IMG/VR virus record: IMGVR_UViG_3300039171_000040
Coordinates: 53,044-73,043 of that record
From: an uncultured virus (IMG/VR IMGVR_UViG_3300039171_000040)
Taxonomy: Duplodnaviria > Heunggongvirae > Uroviricota > Caudoviricetes
DNA length: 20,000 nt
Direction: 5' to 3' (one strand)
Below the pieces are notes generated by a model. The model was not told the DNA's origin. It was given only the letters and a program-made list of their open reading frames with translations, and did not search any database. Each line of letters begins with the position of its first letter. Position 1 is the stretch's first letter. Shown piece by piece: positions 6,762 through 14,209 of the stretch. The position numbers were made by a program, and so were the translations under genes.

Positions 6762-6812
6762 TTTTGATGATGGAATTTGGAAAGACTAAAACCCCCACGA
6801 AAGGAATTATAC

Positions 6813-6983
6813 ATGACCGACATCGTTATTGAAAAGAAATCATCCAAGCATCTTTATGAAATTGTCACAGTGATTGATGGGGAAATCACTAGCATAGGAG
6901 TTGAGGCAAACACCAGCACACAAGCGGCTTCAATAGCAAAAAAGAATGGCTACACAGTACGTGACGTAAACATGATAGGCTAA
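6813..6983 (+). CDS. small hypothetical protein
   Basis: Start re-called to ATG 6813 (SD AAGGA); 56 aa. Confidence 0.7.
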   Translation: MTDIVIEKKSSKHLYEIVTVIDGEITSIGVEANTSTQAASIAKKNGYTVRDVNMIG

Positions 6984-7004
6984 ATTTTTATAGGAGTATC
7001 CACG

Positions 7005-7040
7005 GAAACGATTGTGTATGCCATGCAATCGTTTCTTTTT
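7005..7040 (+). terminator. intrinsic terminator
   Basis: GAAACGATTG...CAATCGTTTC 10-bp perfect stem (13 with G-U) followed by TTTTT. Confidence 0.8.
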
Positions 7041-7066
7041 AAAACCAAACCAAAAGGTAATACACA

Positions 7067-7360
7067 ATGGCTGAAATTTTTGATAGCTACACGAAAGCAA
7101 TGACTCAATTTAACACTGTATTTGGAACCAATTGGCAGCGACATATTCACCCACAAGATCGTGATGAAATGTGTGGTTATCTGATTCGTATGCTTGCTGA
7201 GTCTGTTCGTCCTTTGTTTAACGTGTGGAACGCAACCACCAATCGACCACACGGTGTTGATAAACTGAGTGGGTGTGTTAAGACTTTGATCAAGACACAA
7301 TCGGGTCGCAGCTACTATGTGGAAGCACCTACAAGGGGATTAATGTATGGAACCCATTAA
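7067..7360 (+). CDS. hypothetical protein
   Basis: 97 aa, SD AAGGT, overlaps the start of the nucleotidyltransferase gene. Confidence 0.75.
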   Translation: MAEIFDSYTKAMTQFNTVFGTNWQRHIHPQDRDEMCGYLIRMLAESVRPLFNVWNATTNRPHGVDKLSGCVKTLIKTQSGRSYYVEAPTRGLMYGTH

Positions 7361-8300
7361 ATACGGGCGTAAGAAGAATGGTATCAAAGCCGAATTAACC
7401 AAAAAAGTTAATGATTGGCTAGACACTATTGATGACCCAGTAGTTCAGGAACTGGCAGCTAAAAATACCATTGTAACCGGTGGGTCAATTGCTTCGATGT
7501 TGCTTGGTGAGCAAGTAAACGATTATGACCTATATTTTCGTGATAAAGAAACGACACTGGCTGTTGCTAATTATTATGTTAACAAGTTCAATGAGGCTCA
7601 ATCTTTAAAAGTTGGTGACGGAGTAGTAGCATCGTGTTCGCCAGAAGTTAAAGAAGACACTCTTAAAAATGCGAAAGGTGAACTAGAAGAACGTGTCCTT
7701 ATCTGGCTACAGTCATCTGGTGTTGCTGGTGAAAATCAAGAGCAATACGAATACTTTGAAGGGAAACCACCAGAGGCAACACAAAAGTTTGTCGAGTCAC
7801 TTGCTAAAAGTATGGATGATGTAGGCAAATCAAGTCATCGACCTGTGTTCTTGTCAGCAAATGCAATCACACTCTCTGACAAATTTCAGCTTGTGATTCG
7901 GTTCTACGGTGAGCCTTCTGAGATACACGACAACTACGACTTTGTTCATGCTATGAACTACTATGACCATGGGGCAAAAGCTCTTGTATTGAAGCAAGAG
8001 GCTCTAGAATGCTTGCTTAGTCGAACGTTGGTCTATGCTGGTTCCCTATACCCTATCGCCTCGGTATTCAGAACCAAAAAGTTTATCGAACGGGGTTGGA
8101 GAATCTCGGCTGGTCAGCAGTTGAAAATGATGTGGCAGATTTCTGAATTGGATTTAAGGAACCCAGTTGTTCTAAGAGAACAGTTGACTGGTGTTGATCA
8201 GGCTTATATGCATCAATTAATTCAAGCTCTAAAGAATGTGGAGCCTGAAAAAATCAATTCTACGTATGTAGCAGAAATCATTGATCGAATCTTTGATTAA
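7347..8300 (+). CDS. Pol-beta superfamily nucleotidyltransferase (CCA/poly(A) polymerase head-like)
   Basis: VTGGSIAS...NDYDLYF (hGG-S...DxD) motif, later YDF motif, and R..KF..RGW C-terminal motif. Confidence 0.75.
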   Translation: MEPIKYGRKKNGIKAELTKKVNDWLDTIDDPVVQELAAKNTIVTGGSIASMLLGEQVNDYDLYFRDKETTLAVANYYVNKFNEAQSLKVGDGVVASCSPEVKEDTLKNAKGELEERVLIWLQSSGVAGENQEQYEYFEGKPPEATQKFVESLAKSMDDVGKSSHRPVFLSANAITLSDKFQLVIRFYGEPSEIHDNYDFVHAMNYYDHGAKALVLKQEALECLLSRTLVYAGSLYPIASVFRTKKFIERGWRISAGQQLKMMWQISELDLRNPVVLREQLTGVDQAYMHQLIQALKNVEPEKINSTYVAEIIDRIFD

Positions 8301-8308
8301 ATCCTAAC

Positions 8309-8335
8309 TGGTGATGGGGTTATTCCCCATCACCA
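8309..8335. terminator. hairpin between convergent genes (probable bidirectional terminator)
   Basis: Perfect 11-bp inverted repeat TGGTGATGGGG-TTATT-CCCCATCACCA. Confidence 0.7.
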
Positions 8336-8820
8336 AAGTTTCCATGCAGCTTAACAATGGCGTTGAAATGTTCTTTTGTGACGAAGTTCTTTTGATTCTC
8401 ATTTTGTAACTTCATCATCTGTTTTTCTAGTTCGTGACTTTTTTCACGAGTAATGTCAATCTTTTTTTCTAAGTCCGTTATTAATACTTTTATCAGATTA
8501 ATCTCACCAAATATAAAGTCTCTAAGTTCTTTGTTTTTATTGTCAATCGCGGAATAAATCTCACTTATACGTTTGTCAAAGTGTTCTCTAAATTCTTTTA
8601 AGTCTTGTCTTGCCTCTGTTGATGTCTTATCTTGTGTAGTAACAATAGAATTTATCATTTCTTTGGTTGACTCTTTAAGTGCGACAACCATTTTTTCAGC
8701 GGATTGTTGTGTTTTTGTTGACTGAGTGCGAGAATACCATATAGCAGGAGCTACCAGAGTAAAACACATCCCAAATATAATTGATACTATCTGCCATATT
8801 TCTAGTTGTTCTGCACCCAT
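8320..8820 (-). CDS. late membrane protein, single N-terminal TM plus coiled coil (holin-like candidate)
   Basis: IWQIVSIIFGMCFTLVAPAIWY hydrophobic segment followed by heptad-rich region; own late promoter. Confidence 0.65.
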   Translation of the reverse strand: MGAEQLEIWQIVSIIFGMCFTLVAPAIWYSRTQSTKTQQSAEKMVVALKESTKEMINSIVTTQDKTSTEARQDLKEFREHFDKRISEIYSAIDNKNKELRDFIFGEINLIKVLITDLEKKIDITREKSHELEKQMMKLQNENQKNFVTKEHFNAIVKLHGNFGDGE

Positions 8821-8863
8821 AAGGATTGCCCACTATCTTTTATTGTGTTAGAATTTATACTAC

Positions 8864-8871
8864 TATTTATA
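8864..8871 (-). promoter_or_regulatory. T4-type late promoter
   Basis: TATTTATA on + equals TATAAATA on -, about 43 nt upstream of ATG 8820. Confidence 0.75.
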
Positions 8872-8892
8872 TACTTAGGAAACGAACTTATT

Positions 8893-9927
8893 ATGTTTCA
8901 AACGAAGCTCTATGTAGATGAGGCTTGGATGAAGCGATTGAGCTTAGGTCTTCTTCGTTTCAGGAAAGTCAAACCTAATGTTCATGTATGTCGGTGTCCA
9001 TTTTGTGGTGACTCAAAGAAAAGCAGCACAATCACTCGATTCTTTTTGTATGTTAGAAAAGGATCATTGAATGTGCAGTGTAAAAATTGCAATTACTCTC
9101 GATCCTTTTATAACTTTGTGTTTGACTACGCACCACAACAATTTGAAGAATACAAAAAAGAAACACTACTCCATAGCTTCACAACAAAGAAAAAAGAAGT
9201 TCCTGTTAAAAAGACAACAAAACCATCTTTCAATACAGTCATAAACAAAAAAGAAGAAACTTCACTAACTGTTTTGACTAATACGGTAAATTGTGCTACC
9301 TTACCTGACAATCATCCTGCTATAACTTATTTATGTGAGCGAGGATTCAAAAAAGCTCAGATTGAACGGCTTTTGTATACCGATGATTTTAAATCGGTTT
9401 GTATGCAGTTAAGTAAAAGTTCGTCTAAGAATTTACTTGAAAACGAGCCAAGAATCGTGATACCTTTTTATGACGAACTTGGTAACATAAAATTGATTCA
9501 AGGCAGAGCTTTAAAGAAATCTAAGATGAAATACATCACCATCAAAACACATGATGACGTGACAAAAATATACGGGTTGGAGAATTTGGATAAGACCAAA
9601 ACAACCTACTGTGTTGAAGGGCCGCTTGATTCTTTGTTCGTAGATAACTGTCTTGCAACATGTGATGCTAACCTAACAAGGTCAGATGCAGATGTTTTAA
9701 TTTTTGACAATGAATCGCGTAACGAAAATATAGTAAAGCTCATTGATTCCGCCATAGACCAAGGGCGATCTGTAGTGATCTGGCCAAACTCAACAGACAA
9801 TAAGCAAGATATAAATGATATGATACAGTCTGGAATCTCACAAAAACTACTCATGGGAGTTATACGCAAAAGAACATTTAAAGGTTTGATGGCAAGACTA
9901 GAATTCAACAAATGGAAAAAGGTTTAA
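8893..9927 (+). CDS. gp61: DNA primase (T4 gp61-like)
   Basis: Start re-called to ATG 8893; zinc finger CRCPFCGDS...CKNC, YL.ERG, RIVIPFYD, QGRAL, TOPRIM VEGPLDSLF, FDNE, DINDM. Confidence 0.96.
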   Translation: MFQTKLYVDEAWMKRLSLGLLRFRKVKPNVHVCRCPFCGDSKKSSTITRFFLYVRKGSLNVQCKNCNYSRSFYNFVFDYAPQQFEEYKKETLLHSFTTKKKEVPVKKTTKPSFNTVINKKEETSLTVLTNTVNCATLPDNHPAITYLCERGFKKAQIERLLYTDDFKSVCMQLSKSSSKNLLENEPRIVIPFYDELGNIKLIQGRALKKSKMKYITIKTHDDVTKIYGLENLDKTKTTYCVEGPLDSLFVDNCLATCDANLTRSDADVLIFDNESRNENIVKLIDSAIDQGRSVVIWPNSTDNKQDINDMIQSGISQKLLMGVIRKRTFKGLMARLEFNKWKKV

Positions 9928-9928
9928 T

Positions 9929-11551
9929 ATGGCAGCATTACTAGAAGATGATAATGTCAAGTTAGAAGTTCTAAGATATAAACATGATAGTCTTTCAACG
10001 AGGCAGATCAGCCAATTGACAGGAATTGCAAAATCAACACTTAATGATTTTTTGTTGAAAAAGACATACATTAAATGGTGGGATGAGTACAGTGAAAAAC
10101 CTGTAGCGTCTGGTAAATTGTCAGCATTGCACGAAGACATTGAAGTTTTGGGTGAAGGTGTTTACATTGCTATTTCTGCTCAGAACAACACGTTTGTGCA
10201 TAACAAGTTTATGGACAGCTTAGAAGTGTTAGCGGGTGAAAGGAATGCACAAATTTTATGTGGAACATTTACCTACAACACATCAGGGTTTCAGAACCTA
10301 CAAAAAGGAACTGATTCAGAAGAGGTGTGGTATGATCCTCGGATTAAGAAGTATATCCTAGACAAGCCTATGATGCTCTGTAACGACCTTATGTGGTGTG
10401 GTGAACTCAACATACTACCTACAGCCGTAAACCCTCTCAGCGGTCTTCACAGCTACACTCGTGCTGCTTCTGCTATAGTTCCTCATGCCAAATTGCAACT
10501 TGAGTCGATTCCAACACATAAATCACTCCCCGCGAAGATTATGTACACTACAGGTGCTGTGACAAAGCGAAACTATATTCAAAAGAAAGCTGGACAAAAG
10601 GCAGAGTTTCACCATGCTTTCAGTGCGCTTTTGATTGAGGTTGACAAAGAAGGGGATTTCTTTGTTCGTCAGTTGAATGCAGAAACCAGTACAGGTTGCT
10701 TTTATGATCTGGACAAGTATTATACACCCAATGGAGTGTATAATTCTAATTATGTGGAAGCGATTAATTGGGGTGATCTGCATTCTGAGAAAAAAGATGT
10801 TGAAGTGTATGATCTGGCATTTGGTAGAAATTCAAACAGTATGATTGACACTCTGCGACCTAAGTTTCAGTTTGCAAATGATCTTGCTGATTTCACCTCT
10901 AGGAATCATCACAGCATAGGTGATCCCTATTTTCGATTCAAGACACACACTCATGGAAATGATTCTGTGCGAAGTGATATTTTTAATGTCATTGCAACAC
11001 TTGAAGACATGGATCGGGATTTCTGTAAGACCGTTGTGGTTGAGTCAAATCACGACCTAGCACTTGAACGGTGGTTGAAGAATGCTGATTACAAAATTGA
11101 TCCAGAAAATGCTATCTTCTTTCTTGAATGTCAGCTAAAGAAGTACAAGACAATTGAAGCGGGTGACTTTGGGTTTTCTGTTTTTGAATGGGCTGTCAAG
11201 AACAATTCGAAAGAACTGGATCATGTTCGGTTTTTGAAAACGGATGAGTCTTTCCGTATTTGTGACGAAGATGGTAATGGTATTGAATGCGGTCAACACG
11301 GCCATAACGGTGCAAACGGTAGTCGAGGTGGTGTAGCTGTATTCCAAAGGCTAGGAAGTCGCCACAACGTAGGACACACTCACACAGCAACGATCAAAGA
11401 TGGGGTGTATTATGCCGGTGTAATGGCTAAATTAGACATGGGGTATAATGTGGGCGGTTCAAGCTGGTCACAAAGTTGTATTATAACGTACCCAAATAGC
11501 AAAAGAACTATCATTACAATCAAAGATGGAAAATGGAGAGGTAAGGTATGA
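9929..11551 (+). CDS. T5 A1-like protein: N-terminal HTH plus calcineurin-like metallophosphoesterase/nuclease domain
   Basis: HTH STRQISQLTGIAKSTL; SAQNNTFVH, ELNILPTA..PLSG and NYIQKKAGQKAE recalled from T5 A1; metal motifs GDLH, D, SNHD, HGH, GHTH. Confidence 0.8.
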   Translation: MAALLEDDNVKLEVLRYKHDSLSTRQISQLTGIAKSTLNDFLLKKTYIKWWDEYSEKPVASGKLSALHEDIEVLGEGVYIAISAQNNTFVHNKFMDSLEVLAGERNAQILCGTFTYNTSGFQNLQKGTDSEEVWYDPRIKKYILDKPMMLCNDLMWCGELNILPTAVNPLSGLHSYTRAASAIVPHAKLQLESIPTHKSLPAKIMYTTGAVTKRNYIQKKAGQKAEFHHAFSALLIEVDKEGDFFVRQLNAETSTGCFYDLDKYYTPNGVYNSNYVEAINWGDLHSEKKDVEVYDLAFGRNSNSMIDTLRPKFQFANDLADFTSRNHHSIGDPYFRFKTHTHGNDSVRSDIFNVIATLEDMDRDFCKTVVVESNHDLALERWLKNADYKIDPENAIFFLECQLKKYKTIEAGDFGFSVFEWAVKNNSKELDHVRFLKTDESFRICDEDGNGIECGQHGHNGANGSRGGVAVFQRLGSRHNVGHTHTATIKDGVYYAGVMAKLDMGYNVGGSSWSQSCIITYPNSKRTIITIKDGKWRGKV

Positions 11552-12144
11552 GAAAAATGGAATCAGTAATGGTTAACAGCGTTACAAACCCAGTAGAACA
11601 CAGAGCTTATCCATCTGGAGCTATTCATAACTTTTATGTTTATGGAGAAATCGTTTCTGATATTGGATCATACGTTGATATGATCACAGTAATGGATTTA
11701 GCAGAAGAACAGGATGTAATTAATCTTTATATCAACACAGGTGGTGGTTCTCTTGAATCTACTATTTCCATTGTTCATGCAATGCTTAGATCAAACGCAC
11801 AAATCATTTGTCACGCAGATGGACAAATTGCTAGTGCAGGAACTCTTATCTTCTTTGCAGGAAGCTCTTTTGTGGTGTATCCTTTTGCTCATGCTATGTT
11901 CCATGACGGTTCCACTATTATTGGTGGCAAATTTTCAGAAAATTTGAAAGCCGCAGAAGCTACAAGCAAATTGATCAAGAAAATTTGCATGGAAATATAT
12001 GTCCCATACTTTACCAAAAAAGAAGTTAAAAATATTCTAAATGGTAAGGATATGTACTTGACATCAGAAGAACTTCATGATCGGATTATTGTGGGTGCAG
12101 AGATTGCAAAAAGAGAACTTGAAGAGGCGGGTGTTGTTGAATAA
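11548..12144 (+). CDS. clpP: ClpP-like serine protease
   Basis: LYINTGGGS, IASAGTLIF (catalytic Ser), MFHD (His), KDMYLT (Asp). Confidence 0.85.
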   Translation: MRKMESVMVNSVTNPVEHRAYPSGAIHNFYVYGEIVSDIGSYVDMITVMDLAEEQDVINLYINTGGGSLESTISIVHAMLRSNAQIICHADGQIASAGTLIFFAGSSFVVYPFAHAMFHDGSTIIGGKFSENLKAAEATSKLIKKICMEIYVPYFTKKEVKNILNGKDMYLTSEELHDRIIVGAEIAKRELEEAGVVE

Positions 12145-12159
12145 ATAATTTTTTGTTAG

Positions 12160-12240
12160 GGGTCTGTATGTACATAAAGTTCCATAATCTATACATACAG
12201 ACCCTAATATGTACATAAAGCTCTATAATCTATACATACA
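12160..12240. repeat. intergenic nested inverted and direct repeat
   Basis: 13-bp perfect IR 12160-12172/12192-12204; 33-bp direct repeat 12167-12199 and 12208-12240 with 2 mismatches. Confidence 0.9.
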
Positions 12241-12256
12241 AAAGGAAAGTAATTAA

Positions 12257-12535
12257 GTGAAAGTATCTTTTATTAATGTTGATGGTATTGAATACGTTGC
12301 TCAGTACGATAAAGAAAACGTGTTCTTTTCAACAAAAGGTGAAGACAAGTCAAGGAAAATGGTTGTTGTTGAATTGGCTTATGGTGAAATCAAAACAGCC
12401 CGAGTTATGAAGTCTGGTGTGAGTGAAAATCTTCAAGTGTTCCCAGATTTCCAATTCAATAAATCAGCACATGACATTGTTCGTCATTACGCACCCATTA
12501 TGCAAAAGGTATCATTTGATGCAAAAGTTGCCTAG
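12257..12535 (+). CDS. hypothetical protein
   Basis: GTG start after SD AAGGA; 92 aa. Confidence 0.75.
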   Translation: MKVSFINVDGIEYVAQYDKENVFFSTKGEDKSRKMVVVELAYGEIKTARVMKSGVSENLQVFPDFQFNKSAHDIVRHYAPIMQKVSFDAKVA

Positions 12536-12887
12536 ACTAGATATGTCTATGATTGAATTCAGGAAGACCAGACATAGTGATACTATTGATTATCATTCTT
12601 ATGTTAAATTTAATCCATGTAACACCACTGTTAGCATCAGCGCATTAGAACAAATGTTCAATGATTGTATATTGGATGATGAGATAAAGAAAAAACATCT
12701 CTATTATCATGATCAAGAAGTCTATGGTCAATTCAGAAAAGAAATGCAAGATATTATGTTTAATTTTCTTTACACTATTAAGAGGTATGATGATGACGGT
12801 AAATCTTGGAAAACCACAATTGATATACCCAGAGCCGAAATATATAGTTTAGAGGCTAAATTAAAGTCAATCCTTTCAGGAATATAA
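12519..12887 (+). CDS. hypothetical protein
   Basis: Start re-called to ATG 12519 (SD AAGGT); ATG 12543 is an alternative. Confidence 0.65.
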   Translation: MQKLPRLDMSMIEFRKTRHSDTIDYHSYVKFNPCNTTVSISALEQMFNDCILDDEIKKKHLYYHDQEVYGQFRKEMQDIMFNFLYTIKRYDDDGKSWKTTIDIPRAEIYSLEAKLKSILSGI

Positions 12888-12890
12888 TCA

Positions 12891-13154
12891 ATGCCAAGTT
12901 ACGTGTATAAATGTAGAAATTGTCAGATTACCAAAGAAGAAACCCTTCCTATAGAAGCACGGAACAAACCCTGTGAATCACCCTGTAAATCGTGTGGGTC
13001 TTTTTCTCTGTATATACAAGTCCAAACCACTAATATAAGCTATCAAGGTACAATGAACACTACGCTCAATTTCAATGACAGATTAAAGGACATTAGCAAA
13101 GCTTTGCCAGAGGGAAGTTCAGCACAAAGAAATATCACGGATCAGATTCGTTAG
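12891..13154 (+). CDS. FmdB-family zinc-ribbon protein
   Basis: MPSYVYKCRNC...PCKSCGS; typical neighbour of phoH in T4-like phages. Confidence 0.85.
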   Translation: MPSYVYKCRNCQITKEETLPIEARNKPCESPCKSCGSFSLYIQVQTTNISYQGTMNTTLNFNDRLKDISKALPEGSSAQRNITDQIR

Positions 13155-13157
13155 CGT

Positions 13158-13165
13158 TATAAATA
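13158..13165 (+). promoter_or_regulatory. T4-type late promoter
   Basis: Exact TATAAATA, intergenic. Confidence 0.75.
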
Positions 13166-13229
13166 GAATTGAACCATGGGAGCAATAAATGCAAACCATT
13201 TCATTTCAAGAAAATTCCTAGATTCCCCC

Positions 13230-13270
13230 AAAAGCTCATTCCGCTTATCAAAAGTGGTCTGAGCTTTTTT
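13230..13270 (+). terminator. terminator/attenuator hairpin in the phoH leader
   Basis: AAAAGCTCA/TGAGCTTTT outer stem, CCGCTT/AAGTGG inner stem, T-tract. Confidence 0.65.
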
Positions 13271-13322
13271 GTTATGACTCAGCATTAAAAAAAAATATTT
13301 AAACAACAAGGTGCTAATAGCA

Positions 13323-14069
13323 ATGAGCAAAAAGCCGAGAAGATTAAAGATCGTAGAAGGTAGTTCACCAGAGGCGCATAAGACCTATGCTGGTAAAAAA
13401 TTAACACAACATGATCTTGCCGCATTCCCTGATAATCCAACCTATCCGCAACAGCAATACATGGATAGCCATTTCAGAGATACAGACATTATTCTGCAAC
13501 TAGGAAGTGCAGGTACTGGTAAATCTTTTACAGCAATGTACTGTGCGTTAGCAGATGTTTTTAATAGTGCAACACCCTATGATAAGATTGCAATATTCCG
13601 TAGCGCCGTTCAAGGTAGGGATATTGGTTTTTTACCGGGTGATCAAGCTGAAAAAGATCAGGCGTATGAAGCTCCATACAAAGCATTGTGTGATGAGGCC
13701 ATGAAATTCAAAACCAATAACTATGATAACTTAAAAGCTTCTGGTTATATTGATTTTCATAATACATCATTCTTGCGAGGCACCACCTTTAATGATACAA
13801 TCATGATTGTCGATGAATGTCAGTCCATGACCTATCTTGAATTGTCAACACTTATCACTCGTGTTGGTATTCGTTCAAAGATTATTTTCTGTGGCGACAC
13901 AAAACAGAATGACTTACATAAAAAAACTGACATATCTGGACTGGAACAGTTTTTGAAAGTTATTGATAAGATGGCGTCATCGTCTGTTGACATTGTAAGA
14001 TACACACCAAATGACATTGTACGATCTGGAATCTGCAAAGCGTTCTTGTTAGCAGAAGAAGAAGTTTAA
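13323..14069 (+). CDS. phoH: PhoH-family ATPase
   Basis: Walker A GSAGTGKS, IGFLPGD, FLRGTTF, Walker B IVDECQ, TRVG, GDTKQND, DIVRSG; start re-called to ATG 13323. Confidence 0.96.
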   Translation: MSKKPRRLKIVEGSSPEAHKTYAGKKLTQHDLAAFPDNPTYPQQQYMDSHFRDTDIILQLGSAGTGKSFTAMYCALADVFNSATPYDKIAIFRSAVQGRDIGFLPGDQAEKDQAYEAPYKALCDEAMKFKTNNYDNLKASGYIDFHNTSFLRGTTFNDTIMIVDECQSMTYLELSTLITRVGIRSKIIFCGDTKQNDLHKKTDISGLEQFLKVIDKMASSSVDIVRYTPNDIVRSGICKAFLLAEEEV

Positions 14070-14080
14070 GCCCAATATAC

Positions 14081-14111
14081 GCACTTTTTGGAAGAAACCT
14101 CTGAAAAGTGC
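14081..14111. terminator. hairpin after phoH
   Basis: GCACTTTT/AAAAGTGC inverted repeat; no clear T-tract. Confidence 0.4.
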
Positions 14112-14148
14112 ATATAAAGGTACATTCCGCACAAATATGTTATTCTTT

Positions 14149-14178
14149 TTGCACATCCTTTTTAAATCGTGATACAAT
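14149..14178 (+). promoter_or_regulatory. sigma70-type promoter for the ligase gene
   Basis: TTGCAC-18 bp-TACAAT with TG extension. Confidence 0.55.
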
Positions 14179-14209
14179 ATATTGATATTCACACAATAAA
14201 GGAAATGCA

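Noticed and set aside
8806..8892. Hydrophobic N-terminal extension of the primase in the ORF track
   Set aside because: Starts at TTG, overlaps the divergent gene and its promoter; ATG 8893 has an SD and gives a normal primase length
12160..12240. Possible mini CRISPR array
   Set aside because: Only two 33-bp copies separated by 8 nt, no spacer-sized unique sequence, and no cas genes in the window
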